The notes under the pieces are model-generated. The model was not told the origin of the DNA. It was given only the letters and a program-made list of their open reading frames with translations, and did not search any database. Made by a program: the position numbers and the translations under genes. A stretch of 64,000 nt of DNA from Leucoraja ocellata (taxonomy: Eukaryota). Of the stretch, positions 36,772 through 50,280 are shown in pieces. The stretch is taken from contig JAWMAR010000070.1 in assembly GCA_036785375.1 (NCBI GenBank), forward strand, positions 7,378,001 through 7,442,000, given 5' to 3'. How positions within the stretch are numbered: the stretch's first letter is position 1; each line of letters starts with the position of its first letter.

Positions 36772-37308
36772 ATGGGGCTGCAGAGATGGATAGGATTCAT
36801 GGTCCTTGTGGAGATGGTGTGGCAAGTCTCCGTAACTGGAACAGGTCCGATCTCCAGCGAATGGGGAGAGGAAGCAAACTTGGCCGGGTGGAATGCACGG
36901 GCCCCTCGGCAAGTCACCGATGAACAGCTTCCAAGATGCACGGACAAGTCAGATTCTGATGCCATCAGTCATCACCTATCAACGATTAACAAGAAGGTGC
37001 TCGTTGCATCTCTGGGTGGTTCTGTTACGTTGCCATGTAATGTATCCAACGTTGACAATAGTCCCACGGTTACATGGAAAAAAGATGGTGTTGAAATTGC
37101 CTATTTCCATAGTAGAGTGCATGAGCGTTATAAGGGATCTGATGTTCACTGGAAGTTCGTGGAACGAAACGTCCTTTGGAAACAGGACGCCACGTTGCTC
37201 CTGACAGGTGTAAAAGAGGAAGATACAGGGACGTATTCCTGTGTTTGGATCAAGTATCCTAAGAAACCGTTTTGTGAATTATTGATGCAGCTGATGATCT
37301 CTCACTGA
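36772..37308 (+). CDS. Secreted single V-set Ig-domain protein, copy B2 (178 aa)
   Basis: Leader; RAPR|Q; CNVSNVDNSPTVTW; EDTGTYSCVWIKYPKKPFC. Confidence 0.9.
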   Translation: MGLQRWIGFMVLVEMVWQVSVTGTGPISSEWGEEANLAGWNARAPRQVTDEQLPRCTDKSDSDAISHHLSTINKKVLVASLGGSVTLPCNVSNVDNSPTVTWKKDGVEIAYFHSRVHERYKGSDVHWKFVERNVLWKQDATLLLTGVKEEDTGTYSCVWIKYPKKPFCELLMQLMISH

Positions 37309-40300
37309 TTCAGCAGGGCCAGTCCCAGGGTCAGTAACAAAGTCTAGTTTAGTTTAGTTCCGTTCAGAGGTACAACAGGGAAACAAGCCCTTCGGCCCAC
37401 AGAGTCAATGGGGACCAGTGATCACCCCATATACTAGTACTATCCCACACACTAGATACAATTTACACTGACCAATTAACCTACAAACCTGCACGTCTCT
37501 GGGGTGTGGGACGAAACCGGAGCTCCCGGATTCCAAAGAGGAAGGAAGATTCCAAGGGGAGTTAGGGGCGACCGTGGCTGACAAGGGAAGTCAGGGACAC
37601 TATCACAATAAAAGAGAACAGGTATAACGTTGCAAAGATGAGCGGAAAGCCAGGGGATTGGGTAACTCTTTTAAAGAGCAACAGAAGATAACCAAAAAAG
37701 CAATACGGGGAGAAAAGATGAGGTATGAAGGTAAGATAGCCAAGAATAGAAAGGAGGATCGTAAAAGCTTCTTTAGATATGTGAAAAAAATTAGTTCAGA
37801 CTAAAATTGGTCCTTTATAGACTAAAAACTTTGGATCCGTCTTCACTAAGGAGAACACAAACAATCTCCCTGATGTACTAGTGGCCAGAGGATCTGGGGA
37901 CAATGGAGAGCCAGTGGATGTAGTGTACCTGGACTTGCAGGAAGTATTTGATAAGGTCCCACATAGGAGATTAATGGGCAAAATTAGAGCACATGGTATT
38001 GGGGGAAGGGCCTGTTTCCATATTGTTTGACTCTGACACTAAGTAGGGAATAGTAAAGGTATAAAGATGAGCAGCGTGGAAGGTGTGAGCGTGGATCACA
38101 TGCAGTGAGGAGAACTGACCTTGCTTGCACCGGTAAATGTACGTTTAATTTAAATAAACTCTCTTCTGCCTGCCCTGAAGACAGCCGGTGTGAGTGATTC
38201 TTTGTACGCCAGCATTGAGTTGGGTGTGAACTTTGTGCAACTTTTGCTCACTACGGGCAACATCGCCGGATTAAAGGGCCTGTCCCACGAGCATGCGACT
38301 CCATGCGGCAAGCGCGACCTAACGTGGTCACTTGAGCCGTACGGCCTCGCGGGGCCGGTCCCACTTTGATCGCCGGAGCCGTATGGAGTTGTGTGGAGCT
38401 GGTCCCGACATCGCGCGGGGCTCTGAAAAACTGAATATGTTAGGATATGGAAACAGGTTCTTCGGCCCACCGAGTCTAACCCAACCAGTGATCACCCCTA
38501 CACTAGTTCTAACCTACACACTAGGGACAATTTACTGAAGCCAATTAACCATCAAATCTACACGTCTTTGTAATCTGAAAGGGAACCAGAGCACCCGGAG
38601 GAAACCCACATGGTCACAGGGACAATGTACATACACTGTACAGACAGTGCGCGTAGTTACAATCGAAGGCGGGTCTCTAGCGCTGTAAGGCAGCAACTCT
38701 ACCGCTGCGCCACTGTACCGCCCCTGCATTGCCCTCGTGCATTGTTAGGGCTGCTGATTAGAGTCCAGTTTTGACCCTCGTTGGGTGTCAATTGTGGTTG
38801 TCAAGGAGCTTTCTTACCTCCATATGGAGCCTGGTCTTCCAGTTATAGACCCACACCACCCTGGCCACACTCTCTTATCACCACTACTGAGGGGAAGGTA
38901 CAGGAGCCTGAGAACCGTGAGCTCCAGGTTCAAGAGCAGCTTCTTCCCAGCAAGCACAAGGTTGTTGAACCAGCCTGCACAACCCCAACCACAACCCTAC
39001 GCCACTCACCACAACCCTACACAACCCTGATGGACACTGCACCACTGGTGATGCCCCACGTACGTTGTCTTGTACTATCATGGTCTGGTTTACTTGGAAT
39101 AACTGAGACCTTATTGTGTACTTATGGTGTAAGTATATAATCATGATAGGCCAGGGTAGACAGTGGAGGGCTGCCACTACAGAGCCACCCATAGACCTGA
39201 TAGAATTATATAAAGTTACTGTGCAGACCAAGTACAAACCCAACGCAATATTCCACCACTCATCCATTCCCCAACGCTATATTCCACCACTCACTCATAG
39301 CCCCTAATTGTGCAGGAGCGGCTCATTTCTCCGTTTCCCCTCTTCCTCCTCTTCACCCTCCCTCTTCAATACCTAGAGAGGGAGGAGGGGTAGAGGGAGG
39401 GCGTAGAGAGGGAGAGAGGCAGAGAGAAAGGGGGTAGAGAGAGAGTGGGAAGGGGTAGAGGGTGAGGGGGGGGGTAGAGTGGGGTGGAGGGATTAAATAC
39501 ATTATTTTCAAGCTTACCCCCAGTCTAGTTCAGTCAAAAACCACTGAGTCAAGCACTGGAACAATTAATCTTTATTTTTGGATTGTACATCTAATTCAAC
39601 TACACGATACCTAAACCACTGCGGGTTCAATCCTTGTATCTGCTTGGCCAAACCCTTCAGCCTCGTGCAAGCAGAAACACTCCAAAAGGTCACGCTGTCC
39701 CAAGGATTCTTCCAGAAGATCGACAAAGGACCTCGTGGGGGCTGCCTTTTATAAGTCCCCGAACCTTGAGGGGCCGAACTACATAGGGGTGGTCTCTTTA
39801 CAATCCAATCAAACATATTAATTACATCAGTATATTATAGACAGTTCCCCAGACCACTAACAGATCCCATACATTGTTTCAGGAGAAGCTTCTGGAAGAT
39901 GCTAACTTAACTTGAATAATGCAACATTTACCCTGGAATTCAAACAAACCTGCCAGTGCTCAACACTTTAGCCAATCAACAAACAGTAGGATAACTGCCT
40001 GGCACATTATATACAATATTTACAATGCTGTTGCAGTAATCCAATCAACCATGCATTTACACTTCATTGGAGGTCATCTCCTTGCACGGAAATCGGCATC
40101 AAAACATGGGGGTGCACAATTCCATGGCGGCACACATGCACACGTGTGCATGCGGCACACACGCGAGGATTCGGCCATGGGCCCTGTGGACGGTAACATC
40201 GGGAGCTGACTTGGTTGGTGACCGACTCCGAACTCCAGCAACAGCAGCTTCGTCCGCCCGGAATCGTGAGGCTTGAATCGGCCCGTTCGCGGGGCCTTTC

Positions 40301-42405
40301 ATCGCCCGACGGGGGTTTCAACATTGGTATTGATGTGGATAGAGAACTGGCTGGCAGACAGAAAGCAAAGAGTAGGAGTAAACGGGTCCTTTTCAGAATG
40401 GCAGGCAGTGACTAGTGGGGTACTGCAAGACTCAGTGCTGGGACCCCAGCTATTTACGATATATATTAATGATCTGGATGAGGGAGTTGAATGCAACATC
40501 TCCAAGTTTGCAGATGACACGAAATGGGGGGCAGTGTTAGCTGTGAGGAGGATGCTAGGAGGCTGCAAGGTGACTTGGATATGTTGGGTGAGTGGGCAAA
40601 TGCATGGAAGATGCAGTATAATGTGGATAAATGTGAGGTTATCCATTTTGGTGTAAAAAACAGGAAAGTAGATTATTATCTGAATGGTGGCCGATTAGGA
40701 AAAGGGGAGATGCAACGAGACCTGGGTGTCATGGTACACCAGTCATTAAAAGTGGGCATGCAGGTGCAGCAGGCAGTGAAGAAAGAGAATGGTATGTTAG
40801 CATTCATAGCAAAAGGATTTGAGTATAAGAGCAGGGAGGTTCTACTGCAGTTGTACAGGGTCTTGGTGAGACCACACCTGGAGTATTGCGTACAGTTTTG
40901 GTCTCCTAATCTGAGGAAGGACATTCTTGCCATAGAGGGAGTACAGAGAAGGTTCACCAGACTGATTCCTGGGATGTCAGGACTTTATGGCATACTGAGT
41001 TGGATGATCAGTATAATCATATTAAATGGCAGTGCAGGCTCGAAGGGCCGAATGGCCTACTCCTGCACCTATTTTCTACGTTTCTATGGGAGCCTCGATC
41101 GCCTCGATGCAGCAGTTTGATTTTAAGCCGCTCGGGCGCTGAAAGGCCCCGCGAACGGGACGATTCTGCCCATAGAAAGCGTCTGATAAAGTCCGGAACA
41201 CAAAACATGGGCGGGGGGGGGAATCGTCCCCACCTCCCAAAGCATAGGAGACGTGCCCCCTGTCCCCCCCCCCAGGATTTCTGCCCATGGCGGTGACGAT
41301 ATCTCCTTCACCGCCGCAGTCTCGACGCCTCTTTGATGGGCGCGAAAAACCCCATGTGGGGCGTAGAAGGCCGGGTCGGATAAAGCGGAAAGTTACTTTC
41401 AATGAGGTCCTCCCCCTGACATCACTGGAAGCTGCTGGTCAACCACTCCCCCTTTGTGACATCACTCGAAGCGGGGTGAAGGTTTGCCGTTTAATAAGTT
41501 GGTTTTCACTATTTTTAAAACGCTATAACTTGTGAACTACAGCATGTAATGTGAAGTGGAGCAGTTTATTTTGTCAAAGGGGTTAATGTGATTAATAATG
41601 TGCGGAGGAGGGGAGGAGGAGAGGGGAGAGAAGGAGGAGGGTAAAGACGAGGGGGAGGGAGTGTAAGAGACTCGCCTGCGCAGTTGTGGGGTATGGGTGA
41701 GTGGTGGAATATTACGTTGGGGGGACGGGTACATCGCAAAGGAATCTCATTTAGATTTCTTGGGAGGAGGCTTTTCATTGTGGGGGGTGGAATTGCTGAG
41801 AGGTTTCATTTACTCCTTATTTATAAAATAATTACGATTGTGGGGAGGGGTGGGTTGGGGGCGGGGGCTCCCCGTTTCATTGTGGGGGGGTGGAGTAAGA
41901 GAGAGGTTTCATTTCCAGAATTTTCCTTGCTAGGGGATGGGGTGAGTATTGTGGGGTATGGGTGAGTGGTGGAATATTACGTTGGGGGAACGGGGCCCAA
42001 CGGGTCCCACTTGGTCTAGTTATCATTATTTATTTAATGTTTCACGTTTACACCAATCTCTCCACCACCACGAACAAGCAGCACAAGACGCAACAAGACA
42101 GACACCATTTTATGCAGATGCCGAGAAGTGTGATCAGCTCTGGCTGAACAACTAATCTTGTGTGTGGATTCGATAAGCAGAAGATTTAATGTCATAGTGT
42201 TATACAGTCATAGAGTGATACAGCATGGAAACAGGCCCTTTGGCCCAACTTGCCCACATTGGACAACATGTCCCAGCTACACTAGTCCCACCTGTCCACG
42301 TTTGGTCCATATCCCTCCAAATCTGACCTATCCCTGTTCCTGTCTAGCAGTTTCTTAAACGTCGGGATAGTTTCTGCCTCAACTGCGATGGGTTGACCAG
42401 AACGA

Positions 42406-42631
42406 GACGTGGTGGAGACACAAGCAGGATGTGTGGGGCGCCTGGTTGGCCGCTGGCAGCTGGGATGACGTTGTTCTTGTTAAACGTTAACGGCTGATGC
42501 AACGACACGTTTGGCAGAGGGTGGAGAGGTCGCGGCTGACTCCGGCCAATGCTCCGTGGGAGGCAGTGATTGGTTGAATGTACGTGAGGGCAGACAATGA
42601 GGGGCAGGAGAAGCCGGGAGTCGGTATAAAA
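42406..42631 (+). promoter_or_regulatory. Promoter of B3 (ERSE 42555-42573, TATA 42625-42631)
   Basis: Same motif block. Confidence 0.7.
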
Positions 42632-43281
42632 GGAGCGAGCGATGGCAGGAGATGAGAACAAGACCGACCCCGTCACCCTGTGTGGAGACTCCGGAGCTGG
42701 TAACCAACCCTGTGGATCCTTCAAGTGTCTGTGAGTGATGGGGGTGGGATTGTCTCTGTTCGCTGTTCCCCCAGTTCAGAAGCCTGATAGCAGAGGGGAA
42801 GAAGCTGTTCCTGAGTCTGGTGGTGCGCGCTTTCAAGCTTCTGTACCTTCTGCTAGAGAGGACCAGGGAGAAGGAGGAATGACCGTGGGTGGGACAAGTG
42901 ATGGAGTCATAGAGTCACAGCGAGACCTTCGGCCCAACTTGCCCGCGCCCACCAACGTGTCCCCATCAATACTAGACCCACCTGCCTGCGTTTGGCCCTT
43001 ACCCCTCTAATCCTGTCCTATCAATGTACCTGTCTAACTGTTTCTTAATCATTGTGATAGTACCTGCCTCAACTACCTCTTCCGGCAGCTCGTTCCAAAC
43101 ACCCTCCACCCTTTGTGTAAAAAAGTCACCCCTCAGTTTCCCATGAAATCTTTCCCCCCCCCCTCGCCTTAAACCGATGTCCTCTGGTTCTCGATTCCCC
43201 AACTCTGGGCGGGTTCAGGGAATGTCATCATGAATCCTACTGAGTTGCAATAAGGTGACCCATTGTTTCACCCACAGGAAC

Positions 43282-43818
43282 ATGGGACTGCAGAGATGGA
43301 TAGGATTCATGGTCCTTGTGGAGATGGTGTGGCAAGTCTCCGCAACTGGAACAGGTCCGATCTCCAGAGAATGGGGAGAGGAAGCAAACTTGGCCGGGCG
43401 GAACGCACGGGCTCCTCGACAAGTCACCAATGAAACGCTTCCAAGATGCACGAACGAGTCAGATTCTGATGCCATCAGTCATCACCTATCAACGATTAAC
43501 AAGAAGGTGCTCGTTGCATCTCTGGGTGGTTCTGTTACTTTGCCATGTAATGTATCCAACGTTGACAATAGTCCCGAGGTTACATGGAATAAAGATGGTG
43601 TTGAAATTGCCTATTTCCATAGTAGAGTGCATGAGCGTTATACAGGATCTGATGTTCACTGGAAGTTCGTGCAACGAAACGTCCTTTGGGAACAGGACGC
43701 CACGTTGCTCCTGACAGGTGTAAAAGAGGAAGATAAAGGGACGTATTCCTGTGTTTGGATCAAGTATCGTCAGAAACCGGTTTGTGAATTATTGATGCAG
43801 CTGATGATCTCTCACTGA
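43282..43818 (+). CDS. Secreted single V-set Ig-domain protein, copy B3 (178 aa)
   Basis: Leader; RAPR|Q; CNVSNVDNSPEVTW; EDKGTYSCVWIKYRQKPVC. Confidence 0.9.
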   Translation: MGLQRWIGFMVLVEMVWQVSATGTGPISREWGEEANLAGRNARAPRQVTNETLPRCTNESDSDAISHHLSTINKKVLVASLGGSVTLPCNVSNVDNSPEVTWNKDGVEIAYFHSRVHERYTGSDVHWKFVQRNVLWEQDATLLLTGVKEEDKGTYSCVWIKYRQKPVCELLMQLMISH

Positions 43819-46800
43819 TTCAGCAGGGCCAGTCCCAGGGTCAGTAACAAAGTCTAGTTTAGTTTAGTTTAGTTCCGTTCAGAGGTACAACAGGGAAACA
43901 AGCCCTTCGGCCACAGAGTCAATGGGGACCAGTGATCACCCCATATACTAGTACTATCCCACACACTAGATACAATTTACACTGACCAATTAACCTACAA
44001 ACCTGCACGTCTCTGGGGTGTGGGACGAAACCGGAGCTCCCGGATTCCAAAGAGGAAGGAAGAGTTAGGGGCGACCGTGGCTGACAAGGGAAGTCAGGGA
44101 CACTATCACAAATGCATTTCGTTGTCTCTGTTCTGTACACTGACAATGACAATTAAATTGAATCTGAATCTGATAAAAGTGAACAGGTATAACGTTGCAA
44201 AGATGAGCGGAAAGCCAGGGGATTAGGTAACTCTTTTAAAGAGCAACAGAAGATAACTAAAAAAGCAATACGGGGAGAAAAGATGAGGTATGAAGGTAAG
44301 ATAGCCAAGAATAGAAAGGAGGATCGTAAAAGCTTCTTTAGATATGTGAAAAAAATTAGTTCAGACTAAAATTGGTCCTTTATAGACTAAAAACTTTGGA
44401 TCCGTCTTCACTAAGGAGAACACAAACAATCTCCCTGATGTACTAGTGGCCAGAGGATCTGGGGACAACGGAGAGCCAGTGGATGTAGTGTACCTGGACT
44501 TGCAGGAAGTATTTGATAAGGTCCCACATAGGAGATTAGTGGGCAAAATTAGAGCACATGGTATTGGGGGAAGGGCCTGTTTCCATATTGTTTGACTCTG
44601 ACACTAAGTAGGGAATAGTAAAGGTATAAAGATGAGCAGCGTGGAAGGTGTGAGCGTGGATCGCCTGCAGTGAGGAGAACTGACCTTGCTTGCACCGGTA
44701 AATGTACGTTTAATTTAAATAAACTTTCCTCTGCCTGCCCTGAAGACAGCCGGTGTGAGTGATTCTTTGTACGCCAGCATTGAGTTGGGTGTGAACTTTG
44801 TGCAACTTTTGCTCACTACGGGCAACATCGCCGGATTAAAGGGCCTGTCCCACGAGCATGCGACTCCATGCGGCAAGCGCGACCTAACGTGGTCACTTGA
44901 GCCGTACGGCCTCGCGGGGCCGGTCCCACTTTGATCGCCGGAGCCGTATGGAGTTGTGTGGAGCTGGTCCCGACATCGCGCGGGGCTCTGAAAAACTGAA
45001 TATGTTAGGATATGGAAACAGGTTCTTCGGCCCACCGAGTCTAACCCAACCAGTGATCACCCCTACACTAGTTCTAACCTACCCACTAGGGACAATTTAC
45101 TGAAGCCAATTAACCATCAAATCTACACGTCTTTGCAATCTGAAAGGGAACCAGAGCACCCGGAGGAAACCCACATGGTCCCAGGGACAATGTACATACA
45201 CTGTACAGACAGTGCCCGTAGTTACCATCGAAGGCGGGTCTCTAGCGCTGTAAGGCAGCAACTCTACCGCTGCGCCACTGTACCGCCCCTGCATTGCCCT
45301 CGTGCATTGTTAGGGCTGCTGATTAGAGTCCAGTTTTGACCCTCGTTGGGTGTCAATTGTGGTTGTCAAGGAGCTTTCTTACCTCCGTATGGAGCCTGGT
45401 CTTCCAGTTATAGACCCACACCACCCTGGCCACACTCTCTTATCACCACTACTGAGGGGAAGGTACAGGAGCCTGAGAACCGTGAGCTCCAGGTTCAAGA
45501 GCAGCTTCTTCCCAGCAAGCACAAGGTTGTTGAACCAGCCTGCACAACCCCAACCACAACCCTACGCCACTCACCACAACCCTACACAACCCTGATGGAT
45601 ACTGCACCACTGGTGATGCCCCACGTACGTTGTCTTGTACTATCATGGTCTGGTTTACTTGGAATAACTGAGACCTTATTGTGTACTTATGGTGTAAGTA
45701 TATAATCATGATAGGCCAGGGTAGACAGTGGAGGGCTGCCACTACAGAGCCACCCATAGACCTGATAGAATTATATAAAGTTACTGTGCAGACCAAGACC
45801 AACGGCTCATTTCTCCGTTTCCCCTCTTCCTCCTCTTCACCCTCCCTCTTCAATACCTAGAGAGGGAGGAGGGGTAGAGAGGGAGAGAGGCAGAGAGAAA
45901 GGGGGTAGAGAGAGAGTGGGAAGGGGTAGAGGGAGAAGGAGGGTGGTAGTGGGGGGGTGGAGGGATTAAATACATTCTTCTCAAGCTTACCCCCAGTCTA
46001 GTTCAGTCAAAAACCACTGAGTCAAGCACTGGAACAATTAATCTTTATTTTTGGACTGTACATCTAATTCAACTACACGATACCTAAACCACTGCGGGTT
46101 CAATCCTTGTATCTGCTTGGCCAAACCCTTCAGCCTCGTGCAAGCAGAAACACTCCAAAAGGTCACGCTGTCCCAAGGATTCTTCCAGAAGATCGACAAA
46201 GGACCTCGTGGGGGCTGCCTTTTATAAGTCCCCGAACCTTGAGGGGCCGAACTACATAGGGGTGGTCTCTTTACAATCCAATCAAACATATTAATTACAT
46301 CAGTATATTATAGACAGTTCCCCAGACCACTAACAGATCCCATACATTGTTTCAGGAGAAGCTTCTGGAAGATACTAACTTAACTTGAATAATGCAACAT
46401 TTACCCTGGAATTCAAACAAACCTGCCAGGGCTCAACACTTTAGCCAATCAACAAACAGTAGGATAACTGCCTGGCACATTATATACAATATTTACAATG
46501 CTGTTGCAGTAATCCAATCAACCATGCATTTACACTTCATTGGAGGTCATCTCCTTGCACGGAAATCGGCATCAAAACATGGGGGTGCACAATTCCATGG
46601 CGGCACACATGCACACGCGTGCATGCGGCACACACGCGAGGATTCGGCCGTGGGCCCTGTGGACGGTAACATCGGGAGCTGACTTGGTTGGTGACCGACT
46701 CCGAACTCCAGCAACAGCAGCTTCGTCCGCCCGGAATCGTGAGGCTTGAATCGGCCCGTTCGCGGGGCCTTTCATCGCCCGACGGGGGTTTCAACATTGG

Positions 46801-48865
46801 TATTGATGTGGATAGAGAACTGGCTGGCAGACAGAAAGCAAAGAGTAGGAGTAAACGGGTCCTTTTCAGAATGGCAGGCAGTGACTAGTGGGGTACTGCA
46901 AGACTCAGTGCTGGGACCCCAGCTATTTACGATATATATTAATGATCTGGATGAGGGAGTTGAATGCAACATCTCCAAGTTTGCAGATGACACGAAATGG
47001 GGGGCAGTGTTAGCTGTGAGGAGGATGCTAGGAGGCTGCAAGGTGACTTGGATAGGCTGGGTGAGTAGGCAAATGCATGGAAGATGCAGTATAATGTGGA
47101 TAAATGTGAAGTTATCCATTTTGGTGTAAAAAACAGGAAAGTAGGTTATTATCTGAACGGTGGCCGATTAGGAAAAGGGGAGATGCAGCGAGACCTGGGT
47201 GTCATGGTACACCGGTCATTAAAAGTGGGCATGCAGGTGCAGCAGGCAGTGAAGAAAGAGAATGGTATGTTAACATTCATAGCAAAAGTAGCAGGGAGGT
47301 TCTACTGCAGTTGTACAGGGTCTTGGTGAGACCACACCTGGAGTATTGCGTACAGTTTTGGTCTGATAATCTGAGGAAAGACATTCTTGCCATAGAGAGA
47401 GTACAGAGAAAGTTCACCAGACTGATTCCTGGGATGTCAGGACTTTATGGCATACTGAGTTGGATGATCAGTATAATCATATTAAATGGCAGTGCAGGCT
47501 CGAAGGGCCGAATGGCCTACTCCTTCACCTATTTTCTATGTTTCTATGGGAGCCTCGATCGCCTCGATGCAGCAGTTTGATTTTAAGCCGCTCGGGCGCT
47601 GAAAGGCCCCGCGAACGGGACGATTCTGCCCATAGAAAGCGTCTGATAAAGTCCGGAACACAAAACATGGGCGGGGGGGGAATCGTCCCCCACCTCCCAA
47701 AGCATAGGGAGACGTGCCCCATGTCCCCCCCCCAGGATTTCCGCCCATGGCGGTCACGATATCTCCTTCACCGCTGCAGTCTCGACGCCTCTTTGATGGC
47801 CGCGAAAAACCCCATGTGGGGCGTAGAAGGCCGGATCGGATAAAGCGGAAAGTTAATTTCAATGAGGTCCTCCCCCTGACATCACTGGAAGCTGCTGGTC
47901 GACCACTCCCCCTTTGTGACATCACTCGAAGCGGGGTGAAGGTTTGCCGTTTAATAAGTTGGTTTTCACTATTTTTAAAACGCTATAACTTGTGAACTAC
48001 AGCATGTAATGTGAAGTGGAGCAGTTTATTTTGTCAAAGGGGTTAATGTGATTAATAATGTGCAGAGGAGGGGAGGAGGAGAGGGGAGAGAAGGAGGAGG
48101 GTGTAGACGAGGGGGAGGGAGTGTAAGAGACTCGCCTGCGCAGTTGTGGGGTATGGGTGAGTGGTGGAATATTACGTTGGGGGGACGGGTACATCGCAAA
48201 GGAATCTCATTTAGATTTCTTGGGAGGAGGCTTTTCATTGTGGGGGGTGGAATTGCTGAGAGGTTTCATTTACTCCTTATTTATAAAATAATTACGATTG
48301 TGGGGAGGGGTGGGTTGGGGGCGGGGGCTCCCCGTTTCATTGTGGGGGGGTGGAGTAAGAGAGAGGTTTCATTTCCAGAATTTTCCTTGCTAGGGGATGG
48401 GGTGAGTATTGTGGGGTATGGGTGAGTGGTGGAATATTACGTTGGGGGAACGGGACCCAACGGGTCCCACTTGGTCTAGTTATCATTATTTATTTAATGT
48501 TTCACGTTTACACCAATCTCTCCACCACCACGAACAAGCAGCACAAGACGCGACAAGACAGACACCATTTTATGCAGATGCCGAGAAGTGTGATCAGCTC
48601 TGGCTGAACAACTAATCTTGTGTGTGGATTCGATAAGCAGAAGATTTAATGTCATAGTGTTATACAGTCATAGAGTGATACAGCATGGAAACAGGCCCTT
48701 TGGCCCAACTTGCCCACATTGGACAACATGTCCCAGCTACACTAGTCCCACCTGTCCACGTTTGGTCCATATCCCTCCAAATCTGACCTATCCCTGTTCC
48801 TGTCTAGCTGTTTCTTAAACGTCGGGATAGTTTCTGCCTCAACTGCGATGGGTTGACCAGAACGA

Positions 48866-49091
48866 GACGTGGTGGAGACACAAGCAGGATGTGTGGGGCG
48901 CCTGGTTGGCCGCTGGCAGCTGGGATGACGTTGTTCTTGTTAAACGTTAACGGCTGATGCAACGACATGTTTGGCAGAAGGTGGAGAGGTCGCGGCTGAC
49001 TCCGGCCAATGCTCCGTGGGAGGCAGTGATTGGTTGAATGTACGTGAGGGCAGACAATGAGGGGCAGGAGAAGCCGGGAGTCGGTATAAAA
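48866..49091 (+). promoter_or_regulatory. Promoter of B4 (ERSE 49015-49033, TATA 49085-49091)
   Basis: Same motif block. Confidence 0.7.
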
Positions 49092-49740
49092 GGAGCGAGC
49101 GATGGCAGGAGATGAGAACAAGACCGACCCCGTCACCCTGTGTGGAGACTCCGGAGCTGGTAACCAACCCTGTGGATCCTTCAAGTGTCTGTGAGTGATG
49201 GGGGTGGGATTGTCTCTGTTCACTGTTCCCCCAGTTCAGAAGCCTGATAGCAGAGGGGAAGAAGCTGTTCCTGAGTCTGGTGGTGCGCGCTTTCAAGCTT
49301 CTGTACCTTCTGCTAGAGAGGACCAGGGAGAAGGAGGAATGACCGTGGGTGGGACAAGTGATGGAGTCATAGAGTCACAGCGAGACCTTTGGCCCAACTT
49401 GCCCGCGCCCACCAACGTGTCCCCATCAATACTAGACCCACCTGCCTGCGTTTGGCCCTTACCCCTCTAATCCTGTCCTATCAATGTACCTGTCTAACTG
49501 TTTCTTAATCATTGTGATAGTACCTGCCTCAACTACCTCTTCCGGCAGCTCGTTCCAAACACCCTCCACCCTTTGTGTAAAAAAGTCACCCCTCAGTTTT
49601 CCATGAAATCTTTCCCCCCCCCTCGCCTTAAACCGATGTCCTCTGGTTCTCGATTCCCCAACTCTGGGCGGGTTCAGGGAATGTCATCATGAATCCTACT
49701 GAGTTGCAATAAGGTGACCCATTGTTTCACCCACAGGAAC

Positions 49741-50280
49741 ATGGGACTGCAGAGATGGATAGGATTCATGGTCCTTGTGGAGATGGTGTGGCAAGTCTCC
49801 GCAACTGGAACAGGTCCGATCTCCAGAGAATGGGGAGAGGAAGCAAACTTGGCCGGGCGGAACACACGGGCGTATTTCAAAGTCACCAATGAACCGCTTC
49901 CAAGATGCACGAACGAGTCAGATTCTGATGCCATCAGTCATCACCCATCACCGATTAACAAGAAGGTGCTCGTTGCATCTCTGGGTGGTTCTGTTACGTT
50001 GCCATGTAATATATCCATCCTTAAAAATCATTACAGGGTTGTTCAATGGAAAAAAGATGGTGTTCAAATTGCCAGTTTCCATGAGAGAGCGTATGCGCGT
50101 TATACGGGGTCTGATGTTCACTGGAAGTTCGTTGATCACGACGTCTATATGGCTCAGGACGCCACGTTGCTCCTGACAGGTGTAAAAGAGGAAGATACAG
50201 GGACGTATTCCTGTGTTTGGTTCCATTATAGAGATAGACCGTTTTGTGAATTATTGATGCAGCTGATGATCTCTCACTGA
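49741..50280 (+). CDS. Secreted single V-set Ig-domain protein, copy B4 (179 aa, B1-type)
   Basis: Leader; RNTR-AYFK; CNISILKNHYRVVQW; EDTGTYSCVWFHYRDRPFC. Confidence 0.9.
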   Translation: MGLQRWIGFMVLVEMVWQVSATGTGPISREWGEEANLAGRNTRAYFKVTNEPLPRCTNESDSDAISHHPSPINKKVLVASLGGSVTLPCNISILKNHYRVVQWKKDGVQIASFHERAYARYTGSDVHWKFVDHDVYMAQDATLLLTGVKEEDTGTYSCVWFHYRDRPFCELLMQLMISH

